Origin: a virus
Virus record (IMG/VR): IMGVR_UViG_3300032893_000012
Span: 45,322 to 109,321 of that record
Direction: 5' to 3' (one strand)
Length of the DNA stretch: 64,000 nt
The position numbers and the translations under genes are program-made. Positions 38,865 to 47,587 of the stretch are shown here, in pieces. The stretch's first letter is position 1. Each line of letters starts with the position of its first letter. The notes under the pieces were generated by a model, which saw only the letters and a program-made list of their open reading frames with translations, did not search any database and was not told the DNA's origin.

Positions 38865-40978
38865 GAAGTCCGACCTTTCATCTCAAGCTGCTCAGCATCG
38901 TCCGGCGAAAACACGATGAACCGCGCCTCACGATCCTCGAAGCTGTAGGTCACCAGCATGTCGTCACCAACAGGAACAAGTCCGGCAGCGTACTCAATCC
39001 CCTGATGGTCGAAGGTGAATACGCGACTCGCTTCCGTGATCTGGCCATCCTCCTCCGAGAAGAAGCGATGGAAGTACACGTTCCGATCCTCGACAACCTT
39101 GCCGTTCTCCTCGCGGTAGTGATTGATCCGCTCGTGTACGAGCCCGCAACCGTTGTCTGAGTCGAACGCCCCACCTCGCCACATCCCCGCCGACATCGGT
39201 GGCCATGTGCGGATCCGTTCGGTGCACTGCCCTGTCTCGAGATCGATCTCGAGCACGACGAAAGGATCGTATGAGTAGATGAGCTCGAGGCGCCCTTTGT
39301 TGCTCCGTGGAACCCAGTTCTTTTCGCAGTCGGTTGCCTTGTCGTACTTGAGATCCGTAAGGTGCATGACATCGAGCCCGTCGCTCGACAGACACCCGAG
39401 CACGACCCGTGGCCCCCGTGGGGGGTGCCCGTCGAACGTAGTCGCGGTGAACCAGATCTGACCCTGGTGCAAACACCAACGCTGGTCCTCGAGCCCTCGA
39501 ATCTGGTCGTGTGCGCGCCAACCGTTCCAGAGCCCGTTCTGGATACCTACCCGCTGCGTACCAAGAAACTCCTGCTTCGAGAAGTCGGCCGAAAGCCTAA
39601 CGACGGCCGTCTTCGTACGAATGACTCGATCCGGATCGCGCGACTCGTACCACCGCCCTCGCTCCTGCGAGTAGTTCACGAGACGTACGCCCACGAGGAA
39701 TCCGTCGCCACTTCGCACGATCGTCGGCGTCGACGGCGCCCAACGACCTCCCTCGAGCACCTCTTCAGGGATCTCGAAGATGCCGCGGTGTTTCGCCTTC
39801 ACCGCCGGTGGCGTGTAGAAGCCGGCCGTTCGAAGGACGAAGTCTTGAAACCCTGCTCCGCGCTCGCGCGCGTACGCGAGGCGGTCGCATGCCGCGAGAC
39901 CGCCTTCGAGATCGCCTACGTAGTACGACGCGATTGCAATTTCTTCGTTCGCCTTCGCCGTGCGCGCACTCTCATCTACGAAGAGCCGATCCTTCGAAGG
40001 AGGAAGACTCGATGCAGTCTTCGCAAAGAGAAGCGTGAGTGCATTCTTGCCCATCAGGCGGAAGTGCTTCGCGATCTCTGCCGGCACCTCAGGCCGCCCC
40101 GGACGATAGTTGTAAGCGTCGAGCAAGATCTCGATGCCAGGGCCTGGCTTACCAGTAAGGCGCGTGAGGTGGAGCTCGGTGAGCCCCTGCTTGTACCTCG
40201 AGAACCACCGCTCCTCGTCCCAATCGCCGGCGTCGTAACGCTTCTGATAGAACTCAGACGCCGTCCGAAAACGCCCGATGGCGATTTCTGGACGCTTCAA
40301 CTCTTCGGCGCGCTGCGCCCAGTGGTAGTGGCTTTCAGCAAGGTAGAAAAGCGCACGCACGCTTGACGGATCGTCTTCTAGATCCTTCACCAGGAGCTCG
40401 ATGTCGCGCTCGTGTTTGCGTCCGTGTTCACCGCCATCGTTTTGATCATCAATCCAGACGCCGTCGAACCGGATCGGGAAGACGTCGGGGAACGGAGCCC
40501 AGTGTTCGTGGGTTCTTCCGACACAACGCCAGTCATGATCCAGTCGGATGAGCCGAACATTTTCGTACACCAGTGCTCCGCTCCGCTGATCGAGGCAATA
40601 GACCGGGTACACGAGTCTCTCCCGAAACTTAGGATCATCGACCCTGAGCACCATGTCCGCGTCAACGAGGAGTAGGTAAGTGTTCGTTCCGTCGAAATGA
40701 AATTCGCGGAGCGCATGTCGGCGAGCTGCCTGCGCCGCACGAGTGCGGTTGTACCCGAAGTCCCGCCATGGCTCGCGTACAACGTGGGCACCGTGTTCAC
40801 GGGCGATCTCTTCGGTCCGATCGCGACCGTTGACGGAGACGACCATCAGGTCGACGTGAGGCGAAACAGACGCGAGGCAACGCCCGATGACCCGCTCCTC
40901 GTTGCCGGCGATCATCGACAGAACGATCCTGGGCGTGCGGACGGCGTGTCTGGAAACTTCAACTAGCGGGTGAGTCAA
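38861..40978 (-). CDS. GT2 glycosyltransferase + TPR + beta-propeller fusion
   Basis: SMIAGNEERVIGRCLAS, DFGYNR, VDAD, THE; RALFYLAES TPRs; GLEDQR, EKNW, IEYAAGL. Confidence 0.88.
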   Translation of the reverse strand: MTHPLVEVSRHAVRTPRIVLSMIAGNEERVIGRCLASVSPHVDLMVVSVNGRDRTEEIAREHGAHVVREPWRDFGYNRTRAAQAARRHALREFHFDGTNTYLLLVDADMVLRVDDPKFRERLVYPVYCLDQRSGALVYENVRLIRLDHDWRCVGRTHEHWAPFPDVFPIRFDGVWIDDQNDGGEHGRKHERDIELLVKDLEDDPSSVRALFYLAESHYHWAQRAEELKRPEIAIGRFRTASEFYQKRYDAGDWDEERWFSRYKQGLTELHLTRLTGKPGPGIEILLDAYNYRPGRPEVPAEIAKHFRLMGKNALTLLFAKTASSLPPSKDRLFVDESARTAKANEEIAIASYYVGDLEGGLAACDRLAYARERGAGFQDFVLRTAGFYTPPAVKAKHRGIFEIPEEVLEGGRWAPSTPTIVRSGDGFLVGVRLVNYSQERGRWYESRDPDRVIRTKTAVVRLSADFSKQEFLGTQRVGIQNGLWNGWRAHDQIRGLEDQRWCLHQGQIWFTATTFDGHPPRGPRVVLGCLSSDGLDVMHLTDLKYDKATDCEKNWVPRSNKGRLELIYSYDPFVVLEIDLETGQCTERIRTWPPMSAGMWRGGAFDSDNGCGLVHERINHYREENGKVVEDRNVYFHRFFSEEDGQITEASRVFTFDHQGIEYAAGLVPVGDDMLVTYSFEDREARFIVFSPDDAEQLEMKGRTS

Positions 40979-40991
40979 CAGATCCTCTCCT

Positions 40992-41375
40992 TCATGGTGC
41001 CGGTTCGACACTTTTCAGTCTAAACCACGACTCTCGACTGAGTATGTTCATGACATCTTCGGCGCGGTCGGACTGCACTGTGATGATCTGCACCTCTAAA
41101 CCAGTCGCTTGTAGATACGTTAAAAACGTATCTCCGAATGAGCGCAACACAGCTCTCTCGTCCATTTTCTCTGGAAAACGAATGGAGTACCACCGTTTTT
41201 CATCGGTGCTATCGAACACCTTCTTGTCGTTATGGTAACGGAACCGGTACATAGCCTCCCAATGGCTCGCTCCTGCGTCCTTCCACACTGCTGCCATCAC
41301 ATCGAACGGAACGTTCGTGGCGCAGGCGAAGTACCAGCGCGAAAAAAAGCGGCCGTCTCGAACTTCGATTGTCAT
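40992..41375 (-). CDS. Hypothetical protein
   Basis: 127 aa ORF in the operon. Confidence 0.6.
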   Translation of the reverse strand: MTIEVRDGRFFSRWYFACATNVPFDVMAAVWKDAGASHWEAMYRFRYHNDKKVFDSTDEKRWYSIRFPEKMDERAVLRSFGDTFLTYLQATGLEVQIITVQSDRAEDVMNILSRESWFRLKSVEPAP

Positions 41376-41378
41376 GTA

Positions 41379-41642
41379 TCATTGTCCTCGGATTCGCTTG
41401 GCAATACGATCCCGCGCCCGTTCAGAAGCCTCTAGCTGCCTACGAAGAACAGCGCGCTGCTCTAGAGATGATTCCATAATCAGGCGCCGCCGAGTGTCGC
41501 CGATGACCTCTTCGAGTTCTGTGAAGAGTTCCTCGTCAGTACGAGCAAGGGCGCGCTTCTTGAGATCGTCGTCGGATGACATAGGTGTGAAGCGTAGCTC
41601 GGCAGGAAGAATTGCGCGAACAGGAGTCGCCATCTTGGTCAT
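41379..41642 (-). CDS. Coiled-coil hypothetical protein
   Basis: ATGA coupling. Confidence 0.55.
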   Translation of the reverse strand: MTKMATPVRAILPAELRFTPMSSDDDLKKRALARTDEELFTELEEVIGDTRRRLIMESSLEQRAVLRRQLEASERARDRIAKRIRGQ

Positions 41643-41845
41643 ACCTGTATTCCTGACACTCTGCTCTCTCCCAAAATCCACCGGTGGATGGTGCGTCGAT
41701 CAACCCCGAGCGCAAGCGCCGCCTTGGACTTGTTGCCACGATGGAGCATCAGTACCGCTTTGACGTATCTTCGAAGAAGCTCATCGAGCGAGATGAGTCC
41801 CTCGTCGGTCGTGGCACATTGGTTGAGAATTTGGACTAGCGTCAC
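41639..41845 (-). CDS. Stand-alone Fis-family (HTH_8) DNA-binding protein
   Basis: SLDELLRRYVKAVLMLHRGNKSKAALALGVDRRTIHRW. Confidence 0.85.
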   Translation of the reverse strand: MTLVQILNQCATTDEGLISLDELLRRYVKAVLMLHRGNKSKAALALGVDRRTIHRWILGESRVSGIQV

Positions 41846-42099
41846 AATTTTTTCCTGTATTCGAGAATGTCTCGAACTTGAATATCAAAGCGTTCGCTCA
41901 GAGCCATTGCGAACTGGAAGTCATGTTGAGTGGCGTCGGGAAAACCCAAGACACGAGATACATACGCCACTGCTTCAGTTTTGCTCTGACTGTTGACAGG
42001 TGGCATCGGAGCGTCCTCGACGGTCACGCTCCTGTAGCGGCCGTTTGGGCGGATGTTGACCTGGGCGGGGGGTGGAATACCGAGACGGGTGGCGGCCAT
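41842..42099 (-). CDS. Hypothetical protein
   Basis: Coupled ORF. Confidence 0.55.
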   Translation of the reverse strand: MAATRLGIPPPAQVNIRPNGRYRSVTVEDAPMPPVNSQSKTEAVAYVSRVLGFPDATQHDFQFAMALSERFDIQVRDILEYRKKL

Positions 42100-42327
42100 C
42101 TACTTCGTTTCCATCAAGAGACGCTTCGCGAGTTCTTCTTTCGCCTTCTTAAGCCACAAATCCACTTTCCCTTGCTCTGTTGCGAGCAAGTGTGAAACGT
42201 AGGTCATAGATGCCTGTTGTCTTCCGGCACTCATGATTGCGTCAACAAGCCCGTCTGTTGTTAATTCGTCGGGTTGATCTGACCAGAATTCCAACCCTTT
42301 TATACATAGCTCATTAAGTGCGCCCAT
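42100..42327 (-). CDS. Hypothetical protein
   Basis: Coupled ORF. Confidence 0.55.
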   Translation of the reverse strand: MGALNELCIKGLEFWSDQPDELTTDGLVDAIMSAGRQQASMTYVSHLLATEQGKVDLWLKKAKEELAKRLLMETK

Positions 42328-42423
42328 TTTTTAACTCACAATGTCCTCATAGGATCACTCCCAATATACGTTCATCCTGCTTCGCTAGCGCGTGTTCGAT
42401 GGCGTCGCTCGCCTCACGAGGAG

Positions 42424-42621
42424 TCATACTTTTTCCGTCGTCGCTGAGCGGCACCAGGCTTCATAAACACGCACGGCGAGGACGCCGTATGGCGTCAGGT
42501 CGAACTCTTCGTCTTCTATGCGTATGAGCCCTCGTCGAGCGAGATCGTTGGCGTGCACCTAGGAGATCCCCTTCTTCGGAGGTATGAGCGCCGCGTAGTC
42601 GCGCGGAGAGAGAGATTTCAC
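42424..42621 (-). pseudogene. Small winged-helix-like ORF with an in-frame TAG
   Basis: MKSLSPRDYAALIPPKKGIS*VHANDLARRGLI..LTPYG; coupled at both ends (GTGA, ATGA). Confidence 0.45.
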
Positions 42622-42878
42622 TGGAGCACCATCATGAGCCAGCGCTCGACCTTGGTTACATCCTCGCCGTTGCGGAGTTTGGATGCGGCCTCCTCGATCG
42701 TTTCGGCTCGGATTATATCTCTGCGCGCGAGCGCCGGCCATTGTTGCGGCTCGACGTCTTTGACGCCTTCGACGTCTTCGTTCGATGCTGCCGGCGTTCG
42801 GGTGCGCTCGACGTGTCTCAACCCTAGCCATGTCACGAAAGACAGGAATGCAAGAACTGCGACCACAATCGTCATCAT
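42618..42878 (-). CDS. Small membrane-anchored protein
   Basis: GGAGG SD; N-terminal TM. Confidence 0.6.
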   Translation of the reverse strand: MMTIVVAVLAFLSFVTWLGLRHVERTRTPAASNEDVEGVKDVEPQQWPALARRDIIRAETIEEAASKLRNGEDVTKVERWLMMVLQ

Positions 42879-43020
42879 CGAAACCTCCGAACGGCTCGGC
42901 GACACGCCGCTTGAGCTCCTTTTTTTCGGTCGTCCGTCATGGTGCTCAAAGCAGCGGCCACGTCTCCGACTGCAAACTCGATAGCTTCGAAGTCCGGGCC
43001 GTTGATCGGGATGCGGATCG

Positions 43021-43401
43021 TCATGGCTGCTTTCCGAAGCGCGCTTCGTCGTACTTCCGGAGTACGCTCTGCGCGTCTTCGCCGGGCGACGCCGAAAGAA
43101 TGATGCCATTGAACGTTCCTCGCACCGTTTGCCAGAGGCGGTCCGAGTGGAACACCATGTCACTCGCGAATTGTCCGATATCACCGCCTAGCTCGAACCA
43201 GTCCGCGCGATTCTTCTCCATTTGCGCGACCTGTCGGTTGCGCCGCTCCTCGGTTCGGAGTTCCTGCTCGTACTTCTCAAGCTCCAGGCGGAAGGTTCGA
43301 GCCGCTTCTGAATTCGGGTATGGCTGGTCTTTGCTCCCCGTCATGCGCTGAAACGCCACGGTGAGCCGACCGATCCGGATGAGATGGTCCCTGGGAGTCA
43401 T
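43021..43401 (-). CDS. Hypothetical protein
   Basis: ATGA coupling. Confidence 0.6.
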   Translation of the reverse strand: MTPRDHLIRIGRLTVAFQRMTGSKDQPYPNSEAARTFRLELEKYEQELRTEERRNRQVAQMEKNRADWFELGGDIGQFASDMVFHSDRLWQTVRGTFNGIILSASPGEDAQSVLRKYDEARFGKQP

Positions 43402-43685
43402 GTTACCTTCTGGCGGAGCGGATCGACAGTTTCCCATCGTCCGTCTTCCGTCTCGTACGCGACGAAACAAGTCCAGCTATGTGGCCCGAAACGCGCCGCG
43501 ACGAACCGACACCTGATACCGACGCTCACGGCGAGCGCGATGACGAACAAGCAGGCATCGTCGGCGTCTACGACACCGGACCACCGGCGGTGAAGTTCGT
43601 CGACGAGCGCGCGCATCTTGGAGTTCCGGTCGGGTTCGCTGTCCGTCAGCTCTCGTGCGAGGCGACTGATGTAGTCGGCGTTCAT
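43398..43685 (-). CDS. Minimal, apparently inactive transglutaminase-like protein
   Basis: VDADDACLFVIALAVSVGI..WTCFVAYETEDGRWETVDP aligns by eye with GDCDEAAITLAAAVMSIGI..THVFMAFEDDLGDWVRMDG. Confidence 0.65.
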   Translation of the reverse strand: MNADYISRLARELTDSEPDRNSKMRALVDELHRRWSGVVDADDACLFVIALAVSVGIRCRFVAARFGPHSWTCFVAYETEDGRWETVDPLRQKVT

Positions 43686-43870
43686 TCTTCCTCACTCTCA
43701 CGCATATCGCGTGCGCCTGCCGCCGGCGTCGGTTCGAAGTCGAACTTGAGCTGAGCTCCGCACGCCGGACATTTTTCCGGTGTGTCGGATGGCTTGTCGA
43801 TCGGATGTGTGAGTCGGCACTCCCGACACCAGACTACGAGAGCCCCGATTGGACTGGTGGACACTTTCAT
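43682..43870 (-). CDS. Zn-ribbon protein
   Basis: CREC..CPACG. Confidence 0.6.
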   Translation of the reverse strand: MKVSTSPIGALVVWCRECRLTHPIDKPSDTPEKCPACGAQLKFDFEPTPAAGARDMRESEEE

Positions 43871-44022
43871 CGGAAACATCCCGCAAGAAGTACCAACGGC
43901 CACACCGCAACAACGAACAGGAAGTCGAAAATGGTCATCTCGCCGCAGTCGACTCGTTCGGTAAAGAGAACCGCAACGATGACGCCGAGGATGAGGTAGC
44001 CGGTGATGAGGAGGGCGGTCAC
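43867..44022 (-). CDS. Small two-TM protein
   Basis: YLILG..VAVWPL. Confidence 0.5.
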   Translation of the reverse strand: MTALLITGYLILGVIVAVLFTERVDCGEMTIFDFLFVVAVWPLVLLAGCFR

Positions 44023-44167
44023 TGTATCTCCACACGCACCGAAACGATTTCGTGGTCCAAACTGGACGAGATGGGGCAACCGAAGTCGAGCAGCGTCGGA
44101 TGGCCGCGATGGGACCACGGGATTACCGCGACGAGCTCGTTACCGATCAGGAGGCCGTACCAGGTGG

Positions 44168-44551
44168 TCATCGCCCTTCTGTCTCTTCTGCGAGTGCCTG
44201 CGGCTCATGAGCCCTCAACCGGCTTGCCCACTTCCGAGCGAACGCAGCCCGCTTCTCAGGGTGAATCGCGCACTCGGGGTTCGCGGCGATCTTGCGTAGC
44301 TCACGTCTCAGATCGAGGCCACGTCGGCGATAGGAACGCAGGATGGCTTGCAGGTTGTGTGCTGCTAACTCGCCGCTGGAGGGCTGTATACCAGCGTGCG
44401 CGCGCACGACGGTGTCAATCATATCGACCGCGGTCTCAACCATCGTCGACGTCGGACGAGGCTTCTTAAGCTTGCGCACCCAGCTCGGTAACGGCTGTCG
44501 TGAGCGATAGAACTCGAGATCGGTGTAGGTCGGAAAGGCCATAGTGTTCAC
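44168..44551 (-). CDS. Hypothetical protein
   Basis: GTGA coupling. Confidence 0.55.
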   Translation of the reverse strand: MNTMAFPTYTDLEFYRSRQPLPSWVRKLKKPRPTSTMVETAVDMIDTVVRAHAGIQPSSGELAAHNLQAILRSYRRRGLDLRRELRKIAANPECAIHPEKRAAFARKWASRLRAHEPQALAEETEGR

Positions 44552-45096
44552 GCGAGCTCCGTGTTGAGGGCCTCGGGGGCAACTGCGCGCACGGTCCCGA
44601 CCGCGATGGCGCCAGTGAAAAGGCCGCCAAGATGGCAGCCAAACGAGGCGCTTTCGCTACCGCCGAAAAAGGCGAACCAGACATTGACCGCTCCGAAGGC
44701 GAGGACGAAACCGAGGAGTCGCGGCCTCAACACTCCGGCAACCGCGAGGAGCCCGAAGATCGCCCCACTGGCTCCGACCAGGGGCGTCGTGGTGTTCGGG
44801 TCAACCAGGTAGTGGACGCCGGCGCCGCCGAGTCCCGCGGCCGCGAAGAGGGCCAGGAGAGCGATGCTCCCGAGGGCTCCCTCGACGACACCGCCGAAAA
44901 CGATCAAGAAGGCCAGATTACCGGCCAGGTGTAACGCGCTCCCCGGATCGTGGAAAAACACGCTCGAAAGAGCTGTTCCGAGTTCCGCCTTGGCTGGAAC
45001 GAAGCCGTAGGCCCGGCAAAGTGCCATCCCGTCCCCGCCCAGCTCGAGGCCATAAATTCCAGCCATAACGACCGCCAGAAGAACCGTTGCTCTCAT
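44548..45096 (-). CDS. Rhomboid family intramembrane serine protease
   Basis: FFH..HLAGN..FG..VE..LG, catalytic GASG, HLGG; multiple TMs. Confidence 0.92.
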   Translation of the reverse strand: MRATVLLAVVMAGIYGLELGGDGMALCRAYGFVPAKAELGTALSSVFFHDPGSALHLAGNLAFLIVFGGVVEGALGSIALLALFAAAGLGGAGVHYLVDPNTTTPLVGASGAIFGLLAVAGVLRPRLLGFVLAFGAVNVWFAFFGGSESASFGCHLGGLFTGAIAVGTVRAVAPEALNTELA

Positions 45097-45130
45097 GTTG
45101 AGTCCTACGATGAGTACCCCGCCGGTCTTC

Positions 45131-45185
45131 CCTTGTCAACCGTTGAATCTTATTTGGTTGACAAGGAAGGTCTGTCGTATACCAT
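45131..45185. promoter_or_regulatory. Divergent promoter region with back-to-back TTGACA boxes in an 11-bp inverted repeat
   Basis: ccttgtcaacc-N14-ggttgacaagg; rightward TTGACA-N16-TACCAT; lies at the strand switch. Confidence 0.65.
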
Positions 45186-45244
45186 GCGTAGGAGCTCCAG
45201 GTCAGGACCCCGAGTTCGGGGACCCCCCAAAGGAGACACCCAAA

Positions 45245-45532
45245 ATGGCCAGAAAGAATTCACTTGCAACGATTCGCAACACCATGAGCGTCGCGGAGCT
45301 CCACTCCGTTTCTCGGGAGACGGCGCTCCTCGCGGCGAATCGGGAGGTCGCCTCGCTCGAGGAGGCGCTCGAGATCATCGACCGCGCCAAGACCGCCGCC
45401 GAAGCCGTATTCTCGACTACCGCCTCCGTCCACGCGCGACACGAAATCGTTGCGGCGGCCGTCGCGCTCAGCGGGGCGGTCACTCATCTGGGGGCGGCGA
45501 TCAAGTCGATCACCTCAGGAGGCACACCGTGA
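45245..45532 (+). CDS. Helical hypothetical protein
   Basis: AAGGAG SD. Confidence 0.65.
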   Translation: MARKNSLATIRNTMSVAELHSVSRETALLAANREVASLEEALEIIDRAKTAAEAVFSTTASVHARHEIVAAAVALSGAVTHLGAAIKSITSGGTP

Positions 45533-45750
45533 CCCCGGTGGTAGTCGTCGGTCAGATCTGGATCGACAACGACAAGCGACTCGAGGGTAAGCGTGCCGTC
45601 CGCATCGATTCGCTCGATCACAGTCATGCGCACTGCACGGTCGGCTTGATCGTCGACGGCGCGTTCGTCCCTGCCAACCGTCGGACCGACATCCTTCTGA
45701 AGCGATTCCGCCCTACCGCGACCGGTTACCGGCTTGCTGAAACGCCATGA
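45529..45750 (+). CDS. Small phage-type protein
   Basis: GGAGG SD; VGQIW.DNDKR..R.VRI..RFRPT.TGYRL. Confidence 0.6.
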   Translation: MTPVVVVGQIWIDNDKRLEGKRAVRIDSLDHSHAHCTVGLIVDGAFVPANRRTDILLKRFRPTATGYRLAETP

Positions 45751-45956
45751 AGAGAAGAATTTTCGAAGCGCGTCTCGACGTCGAACGAGCCGCCCGCAAG
45801 ACAACCATCGAGCGCGCGCGCCGAATGACGGCCGAACTCCAGGAGCACGAGAAGCTTCGCAAGACCCTCGAAGCTGTACGCGCAAAGCTCGAAGCGCATC
45901 GTGTGAAGCAAGAAGCGTCTCGCGATGTGGTGGCGCGCCCTCGGGGCGAGCCGTGA
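45747..45956 (+). CDS. Coiled-coil protein
   Basis: ATGA coupling. Confidence 0.55.
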   Translation: MKRRIFEARLDVERAARKTTIERARRMTAELQEHEKLRKTLEAVRAKLEAHRVKQEASRDVVARPRGEP

Positions 45957-46327
45957 CGATGACATCCAGCGAAGCAAGTGAACTGCTCGGGCGTGTAATC
46001 GGCGACACGCCCGAGCAGCTCAAGTTCGCTCAAGCGCTCCGACGAGCCAAACAGGCGCTCGACATCCTCACAGTGCTCGATGAGCACCTCGGTTTGAATG
46101 AGCCAGTCACGATCGAAAACCGCGCGTTCGAATGGTGCGTGACACGCGGTCATAGAACGCATATTGGTAGCGATCCGACTGACGCGCTCGAACAGCTCTG
46201 CGCCACGCTCACGGCCGAGGCGCCTGATATCGAATGGGCAGCATGCCCCGGTTGCGGCGAGCTCAATCGTGTTGACGGGGGAGCCGTAGTCCACAAGAAA
46301 GGCTGTCGAGCCTTCGGGCGTCTGTGA
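45953..46327 (+). CDS. Hypothetical protein with a C-terminal CxxC..H..C motif
   Basis: GTGA coupling. Confidence 0.55.
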   Translation: MTMTSSEASELLGRVIGDTPEQLKFAQALRRAKQALDILTVLDEHLGLNEPVTIENRAFEWCVTRGHRTHIGSDPTDALEQLCATLTAEAPDIEWAACPGCGELNRVDGGAVVHKKGCRAFGRL

Positions 46328-46342
46328 AAAAAAAAAAAAAAA
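46327..46342 (+). repeat. A16 homopolymer
   Basis: 16 consecutive A between a stop codon and the next ATG. Confidence 0.9.
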
Positions 46343-46345
46343 GAG

Positions 46346-46540
46346 ATGGCACCCAAGAAGCAAGAACAGTGGATTCAAACCGCGATCCGTCTGCCCAAGG
46401 AGTTGCTCGATCGAGCAGAGAAAATCGCAGACACGATGCGCCAACCTGGAGTGAGATTCAAACGCGCGGACGCCATTCGCGTAGCGGCCACTCGCGGCAT
46501 GGAGATGCTCGAAAATGAGCATGCCGGTAAAAAGAAGTGA
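46346..46540 (+). CDS. Ribbon-helix-helix regulator
   Basis: QTAIRLPKELLDRAEKIA..RADAIRVAATRG. Confidence 0.75.
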   Translation: MAPKKQEQWIQTAIRLPKELLDRAEKIADTMRQPGVRFKRADAIRVAATRGMEMLENEHAGKKK

Positions 46541-46725
46541 AACTGCCACCCGGATTCCCTGAGAAAATTTGGCTCGTCGTCCGTCCGAGCGGAGAACGTC
46601 ATTTCATCCATCGAGAGCCGCTCGAAGGAATGGCGGAATGGGCGAAGGGGCTCGATGCAACAATCGTCGAGTATTCATGTGGCACCGTTGTGCATACCCC
46701 ACCGCAACGAAGAAAGAACGTCTAA
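46537..46725 (+). CDS. Hypothetical protein
   Basis: GTGA coupling. Confidence 0.5.
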   Translation: MKLPPGFPEKIWLVVRPSGERHFIHREPLEGMAEWAKGLDATIVEYSCGTVVHTPPQRRKNV

Positions 46726-46776
46726 AATGTACGAAGTCGACGCCTCATACCCATCAAAAGAAGGAAGACCAATACC

Positions 46777-47574
46777 ATGAGAGTTCACCTGATGTGCATC
46801 GATGCACAGAACGATTTCACCGACCCGAACGGCTCGCTCTACGTCAAGGGCGGCGACGCCAACGTCGGACGCACCGCCAAGATGATCGAGCGACTCTTAC
46901 CGAAGATCACTGAGATCACGACGACGATGGATAGTCATCGGAAGATCGATATTAGTCACCCCATGTGGTTTCTGGACGACCACGGAAAGCACCCGGCCCC
47001 GTTCACGCTGATCACAGCTGCGGACATCGAGTCCGGCAAGTGGCGAACGACGCAACTCTCCGCGCGGAAGCGGACCATCGCCTACCTGAATGCCCTTGCG
47101 GCCACGAACCGCTACCCGCACGTCATCTGGCCGGAGCATTGCTTGATCGGCGACCAGGGGCACAACATCCATCCGACGCTCGCCGCCGCCATCCACGCTT
47201 GGGAAGAGAAGCGCTACGCGATGGTCGACGTCGTCACGAAGGGCTCGAACCCCTGGACGGAGCATTTCTCCGCCGTGCAGGCCGAGGTGCCCGATCCGGA
47301 GGACCCCTCGACGCAGGTAAACCGCCGCCTGATCGAGGCGCTCGAGAGCGCCGACATCATCATATGGACCGGTGAGGCACTCTCCCACTGCCTCGCAAAC
47401 ACGTTCCGAGACGTCGTGAAAAACTTCTCGGATCCCGCCTACGTGCAGAAGATGACGCTCCTCACCGACGCGACGTCTCCAGTGCCGACGTTCGAGAAGT
47501 ACGGCGAGGACTTCATCCGAGACATGACCGCGCTCGGGATGAAGCTCTCCACCACGACCGACATTCTGAGCTGA
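46777..47574 (+). CDS. Nicotinamidase-like cysteine hydrolase (isochorismatase family)
   Basis: IDAQNDF, GSLYV, MDSH, WPEHC, TKG, GEALSHC: D-K-C triad plus metal ligands. Confidence 0.9.
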   Translation: MRVHLMCIDAQNDFTDPNGSLYVKGGDANVGRTAKMIERLLPKITEITTTMDSHRKIDISHPMWFLDDHGKHPAPFTLITAADIESGKWRTTQLSARKRTIAYLNALAATNRYPHVIWPEHCLIGDQGHNIHPTLAAAIHAWEEKRYAMVDVVTKGSNPWTEHFSAVQAEVPDPEDPSTQVNRRLIEALESADIIIWTGEALSHCLANTFRDVVKNFSDPAYVQKMTLLTDATSPVPTFEKYGEDFIRDMTALGMKLSTTTDILS

Positions 47575-47587
47575 AGGGAAGACGACG

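Noticed and set aside
42559-42561. Genome-wide TAG recoding
   Set aside because: TAG acts as a normal stop elsewhere (16222, 20508, 42100, 57909, 62472), and no suppressor tRNA is seen
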